A stretch of DNA of 64,000 bases from Bacillota bacterium (GTDB taxonomy: Bacteria; Bacillota_I; Bacilli_A; RFN20; CAG-826), in contig JAURFC010000002.1 of the NCBI GenBank assembly GCA_030834445.1, positions 8,504 to 72,503 on the forward strand, read 5' to 3'. Below are positions 46,316 through 55,153 of the stretch, piece by piece (positions within the stretch are counted from its first letter, which is position 1; the number at the start of each line of letters is the position of its first letter). The translations under genes were made by a program, and so were the position numbers. The notes under the pieces are model-generated. The model made no database searches, had not been told where the DNA came from, and saw only the letters and a program-made list of their open reading frames with translations.

Positions 46316-47152
46316 TTATTTTTTAGGAAGCCTCGGTAAAAAAATCGAGGTGCGTTTCGCATAGGCTGCAAAATCAGGATGGTTAACCATCCTTTTTTCT
46401 AACAAAGGAACGCCTGATAAATACCGAAGTAAAAATGTGACCACAAGCGCGGAAAAAATGGCGATGAAAGGCAACCATGGCACGGAGATGATAAATCCAT
46501 TACCAAAACCCATGATCGTAATACCCCACCACATAAAAACTTCCCCGACATAATTTGGGTGCCGCGTGAGTGCCCACAATCCGGTGGTTATAAGTTTGCC
46601 TTTGTTTTCCGGATTCTTTTTAAAGCTGGCTAACTGAGCATCTCCAACCGCTTGAAAATAAAACCCAACCATCCACACGAAAAGTCCCCCTAACAAGGGA
46701 CCATACATCCACGGTTCAATCAAATTTCCTGACACCATAATATTGGCAATCAAAACCCACGCAATCAGAAACATAAAGAGGGCTTGGACAAGAAAAATTT
46801 TCACAAACCCTTTTAGTTTTCGCCACGGAGGTTGAATTTTTGCCCGCATCGCAACATAGCGATAATCTTCAGGCTTACCTTCATTTCGTCGGCGAATATG
46901 GGTAGATAAACGCACGCCCCAAATCGTTGTAACGAGTACAGTGATTAACGAAAGGAAATTACTATTCACGCCAAGAAGCTGGGTCCGAATAAGGATGAGT
47001 GACCAGGCAATCCAAACAAACCCAAGACCCCAACCAACATCAATGATTCCATAATTATTTTTCGCTTCTGCTTTAAAAAAATAAAAGGTGAAATGCAAAA
47101 GGATCACACTGACGGTGATGACAAGTCCCGTTAAGATTAAAAGGCCAATCAT
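46316..47152 (-). CDS. DUF1295 / steroid 5-alpha-reductase-like membrane protein
   Basis: TGLWALTRHPNYVGEVFMWWG motif. Start taken at ATG 47152 (ATGA overlap with the DUF2177 stop); ATG 47176 is an alternative. Confidence 0.75.
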   Translation of the reverse strand: MIGLLILTGLVITVSVILLHFTFYFFKAEAKNNYGIIDVGWGLGFVWIAWSLILIRTQLLGVNSNFLSLITVLVTTIWGVRLSTHIRRRNEGKPEDYRYVAMRAKIQPPWRKLKGFVKIFLVQALFMFLIAWVLIANIMVSGNLIEPWMYGPLLGGLFVWMVGFYFQAVGDAQLASFKKNPENKGKLITTGLWALTRHPNYVGEVFMWWGITIMGFGNGFIISVPWLPFIAIFSALVVTFLLRYLSGVPLLEKRMVNHPDFAAYAKRTSIFLPRLPKK

Positions 47153-47544
47153 AAACCGAAAACCCCCATGAGCCATAACGTAATCACGGTAGAAACACCC
47201 GTTAAGAATGTCCCCCACACTAAATCAATGACAGTGATTTTTACCGGCCATGCTTTAAGCGTCGCCAAGTTTGTTAAATCATAGGTTGCATACGTGACGA
47301 GTCCAAATAAACTCCCCAATAGCCACCCTTCAAAAATATTTCCTTTCGCAGGCAGAAGGACAAAAACAACAAGTCCGACATGATATAAGACATAAAATAG
47401 TAACGCACCGATCCGATTGACTTTTTCGGCCATGAGATGGCCAATATGGCGACGATAAAGTTGGGGTGCCACTTTAACGAGCCAAAATAAATCTAATACC
47501 GTGAAGACAAGTGCACTCAATAGAAAGGTGAAAAAAATATTCAT
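47149..47544 (-). CDS. DUF2177 family membrane protein
   Basis: 131 aa, 4 TM. N-terminal FTVLDLFWL and YDLTNLATLKAWP motifs as recalled for DUF2177. Confidence 0.6.
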   Translation of the reverse strand: MNIFFTFLLSALVFTVLDLFWLVKVAPQLYRRHIGHLMAEKVNRIGALLFYVLYHVGLVVFVLLPAKGNIFEGWLLGSLFGLVTYATYDLTNLATLKAWPVKITVIDLVWGTFLTGVSTVITLWLMGVFGL

Positions 47545-47581
47545 AATAATCCCTCAAAATTATCGTAACACGCGATGAAAG

Positions 47582-47605
47582 AAAAAAGAACCTTACGGTT
47601 CTTTT
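47582..47605 (-). terminator. Terminator at the end of the nrd operon
   Basis: AGAACC-ttac-GGTTCT hairpin (47587-47602). On the minus strand it is followed by a T6 run. Confidence 0.75.
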
Positions 47606-47906
47606 AATCGTTTTTCTTGGTTTGTTTTTGGAGACTCGTGAGCGTTTGAATGATCGCGAAGAGTTGATTGACTTCTTCCTCCGTCATCGGTGCCGTCACA
47701 TAACGATAGCGTTTTCCTAAAAATTTCTTAAACGGGAAATCTGCTTTTTTATGACCGAGTTTACGGTTAAAGAATTCTTGACGAACAAGCCCAAATTCTT
47801 TGAGTTTTTCTGTCACGAATTCACGCTTTTTTTCAGCTAAGAACGTGGACAAAACCAATAAAGGTGGTAAATCAGCGTTAGGATTCGTAAGTTTTTTCTT
47901 TGCCAT
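47604..47906 (-). CDS. Hypothetical basic 100-aa protein, last gene of the nrd transcription unit
   Basis: Lys/Arg-rich, no TM, no family recognised. Weak SD aagg. The terminator follows the stop directly. Confidence 0.45.
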   Translation of the reverse strand: MAKKKLTNPNADLPPLLVLSTFLAEKKREFVTEKLKEFGLVRQEFFNRKLGHKKADFPFKKFLGKRYRYVTAPMTEEEVNQLFAIIQTLTSLQKQTKKND

Positions 47907-47954
47907 ATTGACCTTATTTTATCAATTTTTTTTAATTTGTGGTGATTAAATTTG

Positions 47955-48329
47955 TTAAAGCTGTTTTTCGACGAATGCTTTTAACCATTGCTGAACATTT
48001 TTGACTTCATTTGGAAAGCCAACCCCTTCAAATTTTTGCACAAGGGGAATCTGATATTGGGTATGAATTTTATCTCCGGCCGCACCAAAATGCTGACCCC
48101 ACGTGCGGTTTCCGCCCACCGCAACGCCCACGACTTTTTCATGATGATTTTCTAAAAATGCTTTCGTTAAATCAGGAATTTGTCCAAAGTTGTAAGAACG
48201 TGTGATGAGAAAGATGGGACCTTGGATAGTATCAGTCACGTCTTGAATCATCACGACAGGAAAACCCATTTTCTCCGCAAAACGTTTTCCTTGACCAGTC
48301 ATTGAATCAACGACGATGGTAAGACTCAT
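47955..48329 (-). CDS. nrdI: Class Ib ribonucleotide reductase flavodoxin NrdI
   Basis: 124 aa. IVVDSMTGQGKRFAEKMG N-terminus typical of NrdI. ATGA-type overlap with the upstream gene. Confidence 0.88.
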   Translation of the reverse strand: MSLTIVVDSMTGQGKRFAEKMGFPVVMIQDVTDTIQGPIFLITRSYNFGQIPDLTKAFLENHHEKVVGVAVGGNRTWGQHFGAAGDKIHTQYQIPLVQKFEGVGFPNEVKNVQQWLKAFVEKQL

Positions 48330-48598
48330 GGCCTTTTTCCAAAATGTTTGATTAAAAAATTAAGGGTCGCTTGAGGCGCAAACCCTTGTAATACGTCCTC
48401 TTCCATAATGAGCGCTGGAGTTTCTTTAATGCCATGTTGGCTGACAAGCGTTGCAAACTGTTCTGCATTGTTTGTTTGGTGTACATACTCCAAACAATCT
48501 TGATAGTGATTACGCAATGCCAAGGCTAAAAATTGTTTGAGATGCTCACAATGGGGACATTGGTCTTTGGTTAATAGAAATGCTTTTTGCAGAGCCAT
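48326..48598 (-). CDS. nrdH: Glutaredoxin-like NrdH-type redoxin (CPHC active site)
   Basis: 90 aa. CPHC at the position of the NrdH CVQC, and LQGFAP resembling the NrdH WSGFRP motif. Embedded between nrdF and nrdI. Confidence 0.65.
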   Translation of the reverse strand: MALQKAFLLTKDQCPHCEHLKQFLALALRNHYQDCLEYVHQTNNAEQFATLVSQHGIKETPALIMEEDVLQGFAPQATLNFLIKHFGKRP

Positions 48599-49698
48599 TA
48601 TTGATTAATTTTGGGTTTGTTAAACACGAAGTCATCATCATCTAAGGCAACGGATTTCATTTTTTGATACCCATTCCCTTTCATGGAGAAGTAATCCATG
48701 GTTTTCGTTTCTGTATTTAACCCATTGAGGACAACAGGGTTCACTTCTTCGTGTTCATATACGGGATCAAAACCAAGGTTCATTAACGCTTTGTTGCAGT
48801 TATAACGCACAAAAACTTTGACATCGTGGGTTAAGTCAACGGGATCATAAACCGTTTCGGAGAGTTCTTCTTGTTCTTTGTACAATTTCTTCATGAAATC
48901 CATCATCCAGTCATTAAGAACTTCTTGTTTTTCTTTACTAAAGGATTGATAAATTTCAATCGCTAATTTACCAACATACAAACCATGAATCGCTTCATCA
49001 CGTAAGATGAGGTTGATGATTTCACCTGCTTGCATCATTTTGCCTTGGCCATAGAAATAGAGAGGGTAATAAAAACCTGAATAGAACAACCATGTTTCTA
49101 AAAACACAGAGGCAACCATGGCTTTCCATTGTGTTTCCTTGAATTGTTCATCAGAAAAATCCACTTGGGATGGGTTGTATTTTTTCGTGTAATTCATTTG
49201 ATCGAGTTTTTCATACTGACCTACAATGAGCGTCATGATGTTTTGCAAATTACGATTTTGTTTGCCCCAGGCAAATAATTCATCAATTTCTTGGGTGGAT
49301 AAAAACGTCATGAAAATATTGGAATAGGATTTGGCATGAACTGCGTTTTCCATGGCCGCCATCCAATTGATAACCGCTTTACGTTGATGATATTCATCGG
49401 CAATGGAGCGTGATACTACCGGCATGCCAATGTCCCCTTGATACGTATCTAAAAACGTCAGAATGAGTAAATTGAGTGCGTAGGCATGTTTGACGGTGTC
49501 TGGTAAAACTTTCCAAACGAGTAAATCAGATTGCAAGGAAACGTCTTCAGGGCGCCAAAATTGCGATAAATTTTGCTCATAAAATTGTTGCGTAAATGTA
49601 TCATCCGTTCCATTCCAGTTCGCGCCGGAAAATGCGGAAACAGGATTAAAATGTAAACTTCCAATCGCGATATCAAGACTTTTTTTATTCATGGCCAT
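48598..49698 (-). CDS. nrdF: Class Ib ribonucleotide reductase beta subunit
   Basis: Di-metal ligand motifs (ENAVHAKSY, RDEAIHG). SD aggagg 8 nt upstream of ATG 49698. Confidence 0.93.
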   Translation of the reverse strand: MAMNKKSLDIAIGSLHFNPVSAFSGANWNGTDDTFTQQFYEQNLSQFWRPEDVSLQSDLLVWKVLPDTVKHAYALNLLILTFLDTYQGDIGMPVVSRSIADEYHQRKAVINWMAAMENAVHAKSYSNIFMTFLSTQEIDELFAWGKQNRNLQNIMTLIVGQYEKLDQMNYTKKYNPSQVDFSDEQFKETQWKAMVASVFLETWLFYSGFYYPLYFYGQGKMMQAGEIINLILRDEAIHGLYVGKLAIEIYQSFSKEKQEVLNDWMMDFMKKLYKEQEELSETVYDPVDLTHDVKVFVRYNCNKALMNLGFDPVYEHEEVNPVVLNGLNTETKTMDYFSMKGNGYQKMKSVALDDDDFVFNKPKINQ

Positions 49699-49710
49699 AT
49701 GGTTATCCTC

Positions 49711-51810
49711 CTAAACAACACATGATTCACATTCTTCAATTTTTAATTTTTGTGTGCGCGTATAGTACAACGTTTTGATGCCTTGGTAGTGAGCATACAA
49801 ATAATATTTAATGAGTTCTTTGGTGGTCACATCCGACGTAATCCCTAATTCAAAAGATATCCCTTGATCAACGTGTTTTTGTGCCGTTGCAATCACATCA
49901 ATGACTTTATAGTTATCAATTTTATAGGCGGTTTCATACATGAAGGCAGACGTATCCAAGGCCGGCATAGGGAAATAGGTTTTCGAATTCCCATAGGTTC
50001 GTTCTTCAATAAGCTGCTTGATCGGTGTCAAGGATGGGGTTGCCGACATGACATACGCGATGGAGCCATTGGGAGCAACGGCGAGACGGTGTGAGTTGTA
50101 CAAGCCGTACTTCATGACATTCGCTTTAAGTTCTGCCCAATCTTCGTCACTAGGAATGGCAACATCTTTAAAGAGTTCTTTCACTTTGTCTGTTTTAGGA
50201 TAAATGGCACCACGACCTTCAAAGTATTTCCCAGATGCATAGTGACTGGATTCAAATTGATAAAATTTCAATTTAGTCGCTTTCGCTTTTTCCATGGAGT
50301 GAACAAGGGAGTAATAATTGACTAAATTAAAGAAGACGTCGACAAGGTCAATATCTTCTTCCGAGCCAAACAAAATGTAATTTTCCGCAATGTATCCGTG
50401 ATGTCCCATGATGCCAAAACCAACGGATCGGTTCATTCGGTTCGCTTTTGCAACCGCAGGAACATAACCGATATTCGTATTGGTAGAGACCGAGTTCATG
50501 ACATCCATCGCTGCGAAAACAGTTTCCTTGATGGTGTTGTGCCGAATCATATTACCCATGTGACCAGACGCTAAGTTACACGAAACATCCATCCCAATAT
50601 CATCTTCATCATGCTTGTCATAATCCGCATAGTGAGATGTCACTGTCGGTTGTAAAATTTCAGTGCAAAGATTGGAGAATTTAACCGGCATAGATAATGG
50701 ATTCACTTTATTCACGTTGTCCACAAACATGAGGTAAGGATAACCTGATTCCCCTTGTAAAGAGGCAATCATATCAAAAAGGCGACGAGGGCTAATCTTT
50801 CGTTTCTTCACATCAGGGTTGTCGACGAGTTTGTCGTACCAATAGTCCATATTGGTGCTGACATCGGCAAAATCAATCCCATAGGCTTTATAAACTGTGT
50901 GAGGATAAAAGACATACATATCTTTGTTTTCACGCGCTAATTCAACCATTTTATTCGGAATAATAACACCCATAGAAAGTGTTTTCACACGAACATCGTC
51001 ATCAGCGTTTAATTTCTTAGTATTTAGGAAGTCTTCAATATCTGAATGGAAGACATTTAAATAAACGGCCCCCGCACCTGTACGTTGTCCCATTTGATCA
51101 GCATAACGGAAATTGTTGTCGAGAAGTTTGGCTACACCGACAACCCCCTTTGAGACATTCGGGATATCTTTAATGGCTTCACCCTTCGCACGAAGGTTGG
51201 TTAAATTCACCGAAACACCGCCACCAATTTTGGAAAGCTGCATGGAGAATTCTGAAACGCGGGCAATATCATTTAAGGAGTCGCCTGCTTCAAGCAAAAA
51301 GCACGACACAAATTCTCCACGTTTTTTCTTACCTGTGTTAAGTAAGGTTGGTGTGGCCGGAACAAAATCTTGAGCAATTAATCGCTTCATGATGTTTTTT
51401 GCGAGTTGGAAGTCTCCATTTGCATGATACAAGGCATTCACGGCAAGGCGATCTTCATAACGTTCTAGAAAGACCTTCTTATCACGACTTTTTAACGCAT
51501 AATCATTATAAAATTTAAAGGCTCCCATGTAGGTGGGAAAACGGAATTTCGCTTTATAGCCAATCTCATAAATTTCTTGGATTTGTTCGTGAGAGTATTT
51601 TTCTAAAAACTCTGATTCGTAATAATCATTTTCAATCAAATAATCGAGTTTTTCTTTTAAGGAATGGAAAAATTGGGTTTTTTTGTTAATTTCATTGAGA
51701 AAATAAGCACGTACGGCTTCTTTATCTTTATTAAGATCTTTCAGTTGTCCGGACTCATCAATGACTTGATTGTTGAGTAATACCCATTCCGGAATATAAT
51801 TTTTTTCCAT
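49711..51810 (-). CDS. nrdE: Class Ib ribonucleotide reductase alpha subunit
   Basis: 699 aa. FSNLCTEI active-site Cys region, VSCNLAS, and C-terminal CESCVV redox pair. Confidence 0.95.
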   Translation of the reverse strand: MEKNYIPEWVLLNNQVIDESGQLKDLNKDKEAVRAYFLNEINKKTQFFHSLKEKLDYLIENDYYESEFLEKYSHEQIQEIYEIGYKAKFRFPTYMGAFKFYNDYALKSRDKKVFLERYEDRLAVNALYHANGDFQLAKNIMKRLIAQDFVPATPTLLNTGKKKRGEFVSCFLLEAGDSLNDIARVSEFSMQLSKIGGGVSVNLTNLRAKGEAIKDIPNVSKGVVGVAKLLDNNFRYADQMGQRTGAGAVYLNVFHSDIEDFLNTKKLNADDDVRVKTLSMGVIIPNKMVELARENKDMYVFYPHTVYKAYGIDFADVSTNMDYWYDKLVDNPDVKKRKISPRRLFDMIASLQGESGYPYLMFVDNVNKVNPLSMPVKFSNLCTEILQPTVTSHYADYDKHDEDDIGMDVSCNLASGHMGNMIRHNTIKETVFAAMDVMNSVSTNTNIGYVPAVAKANRMNRSVGFGIMGHHGYIAENYILFGSEEDIDLVDVFFNLVNYYSLVHSMEKAKATKLKFYQFESSHYASGKYFEGRGAIYPKTDKVKELFKDVAIPSDEDWAELKANVMKYGLYNSHRLAVAPNGSIAYVMSATPSLTPIKQLIEERTYGNSKTYFPMPALDTSAFMYETAYKIDNYKVIDVIATAQKHVDQGISFELGITSDVTTKELIKYYLYAHYQGIKTLYYTRTQKLKIEECESCVV

Positions 51811-51960
51811 ACAGTTCCTTTCAATTTATTGAGACTTAAAATGAAGATTAAGGACATTAAAGCCTTAAGCGACGGCTGAGTCTACAAAAGTGAGTGAGAT
51901 AAACTTATAAAAAAATTACACCTAAGTCAACCAAAAAAACCGATTAAAACGCATTTGTAC

Positions 51961-51980
51961 TTACTAAATTATTACTAAAT
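51961..51980. repeat. Tandem direct repeat TTACTAAAT-ta-TTACTAAAT (11-bp register) in the nrdE/sodA divergent intergenic region
   Basis: Exact 9-mers at 51961-51969 and 51972-51980. Confidence 0.85.
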
Positions 51981-52112
51981 GTTTGTCCCAAACGAAGGTT
52001 TTATTCCCGATAATTTTTTGTAAATTTTTTTCGCTTTTCCCTGAATTTAAGTGCTTCTCTTTTCAAGTGTTTTGAACAAGGGTAAAATAACATTAGAAAA
52101 GGAGTCACTCTT

Positions 52113-52712
52113 ATGCCATTTGAATTACCACGTCTTGCTTATGCGTATGATGCGTTAGAACCTGTGATCGACGCGAAAACCATGGAAATCCATCACACAA
52201 AGCATCACCAAGCTTATATTACCAATGCCAACAACACCCTTGCAAAGTTCCCTGAATTTGCCGCATTGGATGTAGCCACTTTACTTTCAAAGTTGGAAAC
52301 TCTCCCCAAAGAAATTCAAGGTCCGATTCGTAATAATGCCGGAGGTCACTATAACCATAGTTTGTTTTGGCAATGCTTATTACCAGTCGCTGACTATAAA
52401 GCACCTTCAGCGCGACTTGCTCAACTCATCGATGCCTCGTTTGGAACCTTCGATGCCTTTAAAGAACAATTCGCAAACGCCGCGAAAACGCGGTTTGGTT
52501 CCGGTTGGGCTTGGTTGGTCCTTACCAAAGAGGGTCAACTTAAAGTCACTTCCAGCCCGAACCAAGATACACCATTGAATGAAGGGAAACCTTTGCTTGG
52601 ATTAGATGTCTGGGAACATGCTTATTATTTAAATTATCAAAATCGTCGTCCTGATTACGTTAGTGCTTTCTTTAGCATCATCAATTGGGCGTTTGTCGAA
52701 TCCTTACTCTAA
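52113..52712 (+). CDS. sodA: Fe/Mn superoxide dismutase
   Basis: [25 protein letters not shown] and DVWEHAYYL motifs. SD aaggag. Confidence 0.96.
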   Translation: MPFELPRLAYAYDALEPVIDAKTMEIHHTKHHQAYITNANNTLAKFPEFAALDVATLLSKLETLPKEIQGPIRNNAGGHYNHSLFWQCLLPVADYKAPSARLAQLIDASFGTFDAFKEQFANAAKTRFGSGWAWLVLTKEGQLKVTSSPNQDTPLNEGKPLLGLDVWEHAYYLNYQNRRPDYVSAFFSIINWAFVESLL

Positions 52713-52719
52713 AAAGCTT

Positions 52720-53262
52720 ATGGCCTACGAAGCTCCTCTCTTTGAAAAAATACTGGAAGAAGGAGCTTTTTCTATTCGTCGTTATCCGTTTTTTAAAACC
52801 GTGGTGATGCATCATTCCAGCTGGGATGGTTATTCCGGCTTCAACGATTTATTTAATTATATTTCCGGTCAAAACAAACAACGGCAAGCGATGAAAATGA
52901 CAGTGCCTGTCATTAACGATGTCCAACGCGATCAACTTAGCATGGAATTTGTTGTACCCGCTCAATTTTACGACAACACCCCCGAACCTTCGGTGAATTA
53001 TTTGTCCTTAAAAACTTATGAAAATATGCACCTAGGGGTCATTCATTTTCGTGGCAATCCGAGTCGAATGCTCATCGAAAAACATTATCAAAGCCTGTTG
53101 GAGTGGCTCCAACAAAAAGGGTATCAACCCTCGCCTTCATATTTTGTAGCGCGTTACAACGCCCCGTTTATGCCGGGATTATTTAAACACAATGAAATTT
53201 GGATTAGGCTCGACACTTTTGACAAAGACCATAAAACCGTAGTTGATGATAGACAATCTTAA
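52720..53262 (+). CDS. SOUL heme-binding family protein
   Basis: MAYEAPLFEKILEEGAFSIRRYP start typical of the SOUL/HBP family. ATG 52720 lies 7 nt after the sodA stop. The 3' end overlaps the convergent Fur-family gene by 59 bp. Confidence 0.75.
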   Translation: MAYEAPLFEKILEEGAFSIRRYPFFKTVVMHHSSWDGYSGFNDLFNYISGQNKQRQAMKMTVPVINDVQRDQLSMEFVVPAQFYDNTPEPSVNYLSLKTYENMHLGVIHFRGNPSRMLIEKHYQSLLEWLQQKGYQPSPSYFVARYNAPFMPGLFKHNEIWIRLDTFDKDHKTVVDDRQS

Positions 53263-53623
53263 AATTTGATGCCTTTTGAATGTCTTGCGTTAAACCTTCA
53301 ACCGGGCAAGTACTTAAATTCACCACGTCATGACATTGCGTGCAAATCAATTGATGAACATGATCATCATGTTCTTCTTTTAATTGATAACGTGTCTTAT
53401 TCTCATTATCTAAAAACAAACGTTCGGTAATCCCGTGTTCTGAAAATTGTTCTAAAATCCGATAAATCGTTGAAAAAACGATTTTTTTCTTTTGTTTTAA
53501 TAACGCCAAATACACATCTTCGGCAGTGAGCGCTTTATGGGTCAAGGCGTGATAAACCAAATCCCGAGTCGGCGTGTTTTTTAACCCCTTGGTGTGAAAA
53601 AAATCTTTGTGACAATCATGCAT
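53204..53623 (-). CDS. zur: Fur family metalloregulator, probably Zur
   Basis: Winged-helix region (TPTRDLVYHAL...STIYRILEQF), HDDHVH, and CTQC...CQKC zinc sites. Last gene of the zinc ABC operon. Confidence 0.8.
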   Translation of the reverse strand: MHDCHKDFFHTKGLKNTPTRDLVYHALTHKALTAEDVYLALLKQKKKIVFSTIYRILEQFSEHGITERLFLDNENKTRYQLKEEHDDHVHQLICTQCHDVVNLSTCPVEGLTQDIQKASNFKIVYHQLRFYGLCQKCRA

Positions 53624-53625
53624 AC

Positions 53626-54441
53626 TTAAAACTCCTTTTTAATGCGTTGGATGAGCATCGTGAGGGCCCATACTCCGGCATAGAGAACAATCATCGTGCT
53701 TCCAGTTGGCCAATCCAGCGCCAAAGAAATCATAAAACCAACCGTGAATACAAGAACCGCCAATCCAATGCCAACAAAAAACGTTCCCTTAAATCGCTTC
53801 GATAACGGGGAAGCGATTAACGTAGGGAACATGATGAAACTCGAAATAAGAAGGGCCCCCACTGATCGCAAACCCAAAATGATGAGCCATGCCGTTATTA
53901 AGGTTAATGCGCGATTCAACCAAACAACAGGAATTCCGATGACACGCGCAAAATCTTCATCAAACGTCATCGTTGCCAAGTCCTCATAAAAGAAACTAAT
54001 AAAGGTCACAATCATCACGGATAAGGTAATGACTGCCCATACATCGATATCTCGTAATAAGAGCATGCTGCCAAATAAAAATTGTTCCACGGTCACATTT
54101 TGATTTGGATTGGTTGTAATAATGATTGTTCCAATGGCAACCGATGTGGCAGAAATGACCCCAATGACCACATCCGAATAACTCGGATAGCGTTTGATAA
54201 TCCCTTGGATGAGCATCGCAACAATCGAAGCAAACACCAAATTAAAAATTAAAGACTGACCCAAAAAGACGATTGCAATTGCGACCGATAAATACGCAGC
54301 ATGGGAAAGCCCATGCCCAATCATCGCCACTTTTTTTAACACCAAAAAATGCCCAACTACCGCGCCTAATACGGCAATAATTAAACCCACCCAAAAACCA
54401 CGGACAATAAAATCAAATTGAAAATAATCAAGAATGTTCAT
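53626..54441 (-). CDS. znuB: Metal (Zn/Mn) ABC transporter permease, ABC-3 family
   Basis: About 8 TM. MNILDYFQFDFIVRGF start typical of ZnuB/AdcB. The track's 5' extension is rejected. Confidence 0.85.
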   Translation of the reverse strand: MNILDYFQFDFIVRGFWVGLIIAVLGAVVGHFLVLKKVAMIGHGLSHAAYLSVAIAIVFLGQSLIFNLVFASIVAMLIQGIIKRYPSYSDVVIGVISATSVAIGTIIITTNPNQNVTVEQFLFGSMLLLRDIDVWAVITLSVMIVTFISFFYEDLATMTFDEDFARVIGIPVVWLNRALTLITAWLIILGLRSVGALLISSFIMFPTLIASPLSKRFKGTFFVGIGLAVLVFTVGFMISLALDWPTGSTMIVLYAGVWALTMLIQRIKKEF

Positions 54442-55153
54442 GATGATCTCCGTGATGAGTATGAATAAAGGGTGAAAATTCCGGATGTTCACAGAACGCA
54501 CGATGGTCACCATCAAACAGGATGGAGTGCTCGATTAAAACAACCCGATCGATAATCTTATCAAAGCTCGGTAAATCATGGGTAATGATGACATAGGCGA
54601 CCTTGTTTTTCTTTAGAATTTCTAGCATTGCATAGAGCGAATCTTTACGCGCCACATCGAGTGAACTCGTTGGTTCGTCTAAAAACACCACATCGGGTTC
54701 TTGGGCAAGCATGCGAAGAAACAAGACGAGTTGTTTTTGACCCATCGATAAATAACCGAAACGTTTTTTCAATAATTCCTGAGCACGAAATGGGCCAACA
54801 ATTTCACTCAAAAAACGTCGATTTTGGGCTTTCAGCCAACCCTGAAATCGTTTATGAGAACGACGCCCTTGCAAGATTACTTCTTCCACTGACATCGGGA
54901 AAAATCGGTCAGCAATTTGTAAAACTTGGGGGAGATAACCAATGCGTAAGGTAGGGGTAATCGTGAGTGTACCTTCATCCTGTTTTTTAAGACCTAAAAT
55001 CGTTTTTAATAAAGTCGTCTTTCCTGATCCATTCGCACCAATAAGAGCAATTTGATCCCCACGATAGATTGTGAGATTGACCTGTTCGAAAACAGATTCG
55101 TGATCGTAACTCACAGTTAAGTTGGTAATGGTGATAAGCGGGTCTTTTTTCAT
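54428..55153 (-). CDS. znuC: Metal ABC transporter ATP-binding protein with His-rich tail
   Basis: GANGSGKTT, LSMGQKQ and VFLDEPTSSLD. C-terminal HTHHGDHHEHS. Confidence 0.88.
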   Translation of the reverse strand: MKKDPLITITNLTVSYDHESVFEQVNLTIYRGDQIALIGANGSGKTTLLKTILGLKKQDEGTLTITPTLRIGYLPQVLQIADRFFPMSVEEVILQGRRSHKRFQGWLKAQNRRFLSEIVGPFRAQELLKKRFGYLSMGQKQLVLFLRMLAQEPDVVFLDEPTSSLDVARKDSLYAMLEILKKNKVAYVIITHDLPSFDKIIDRVVLIEHSILFDGDHRAFCEHPEFSPFIHTHHGDHHEHS

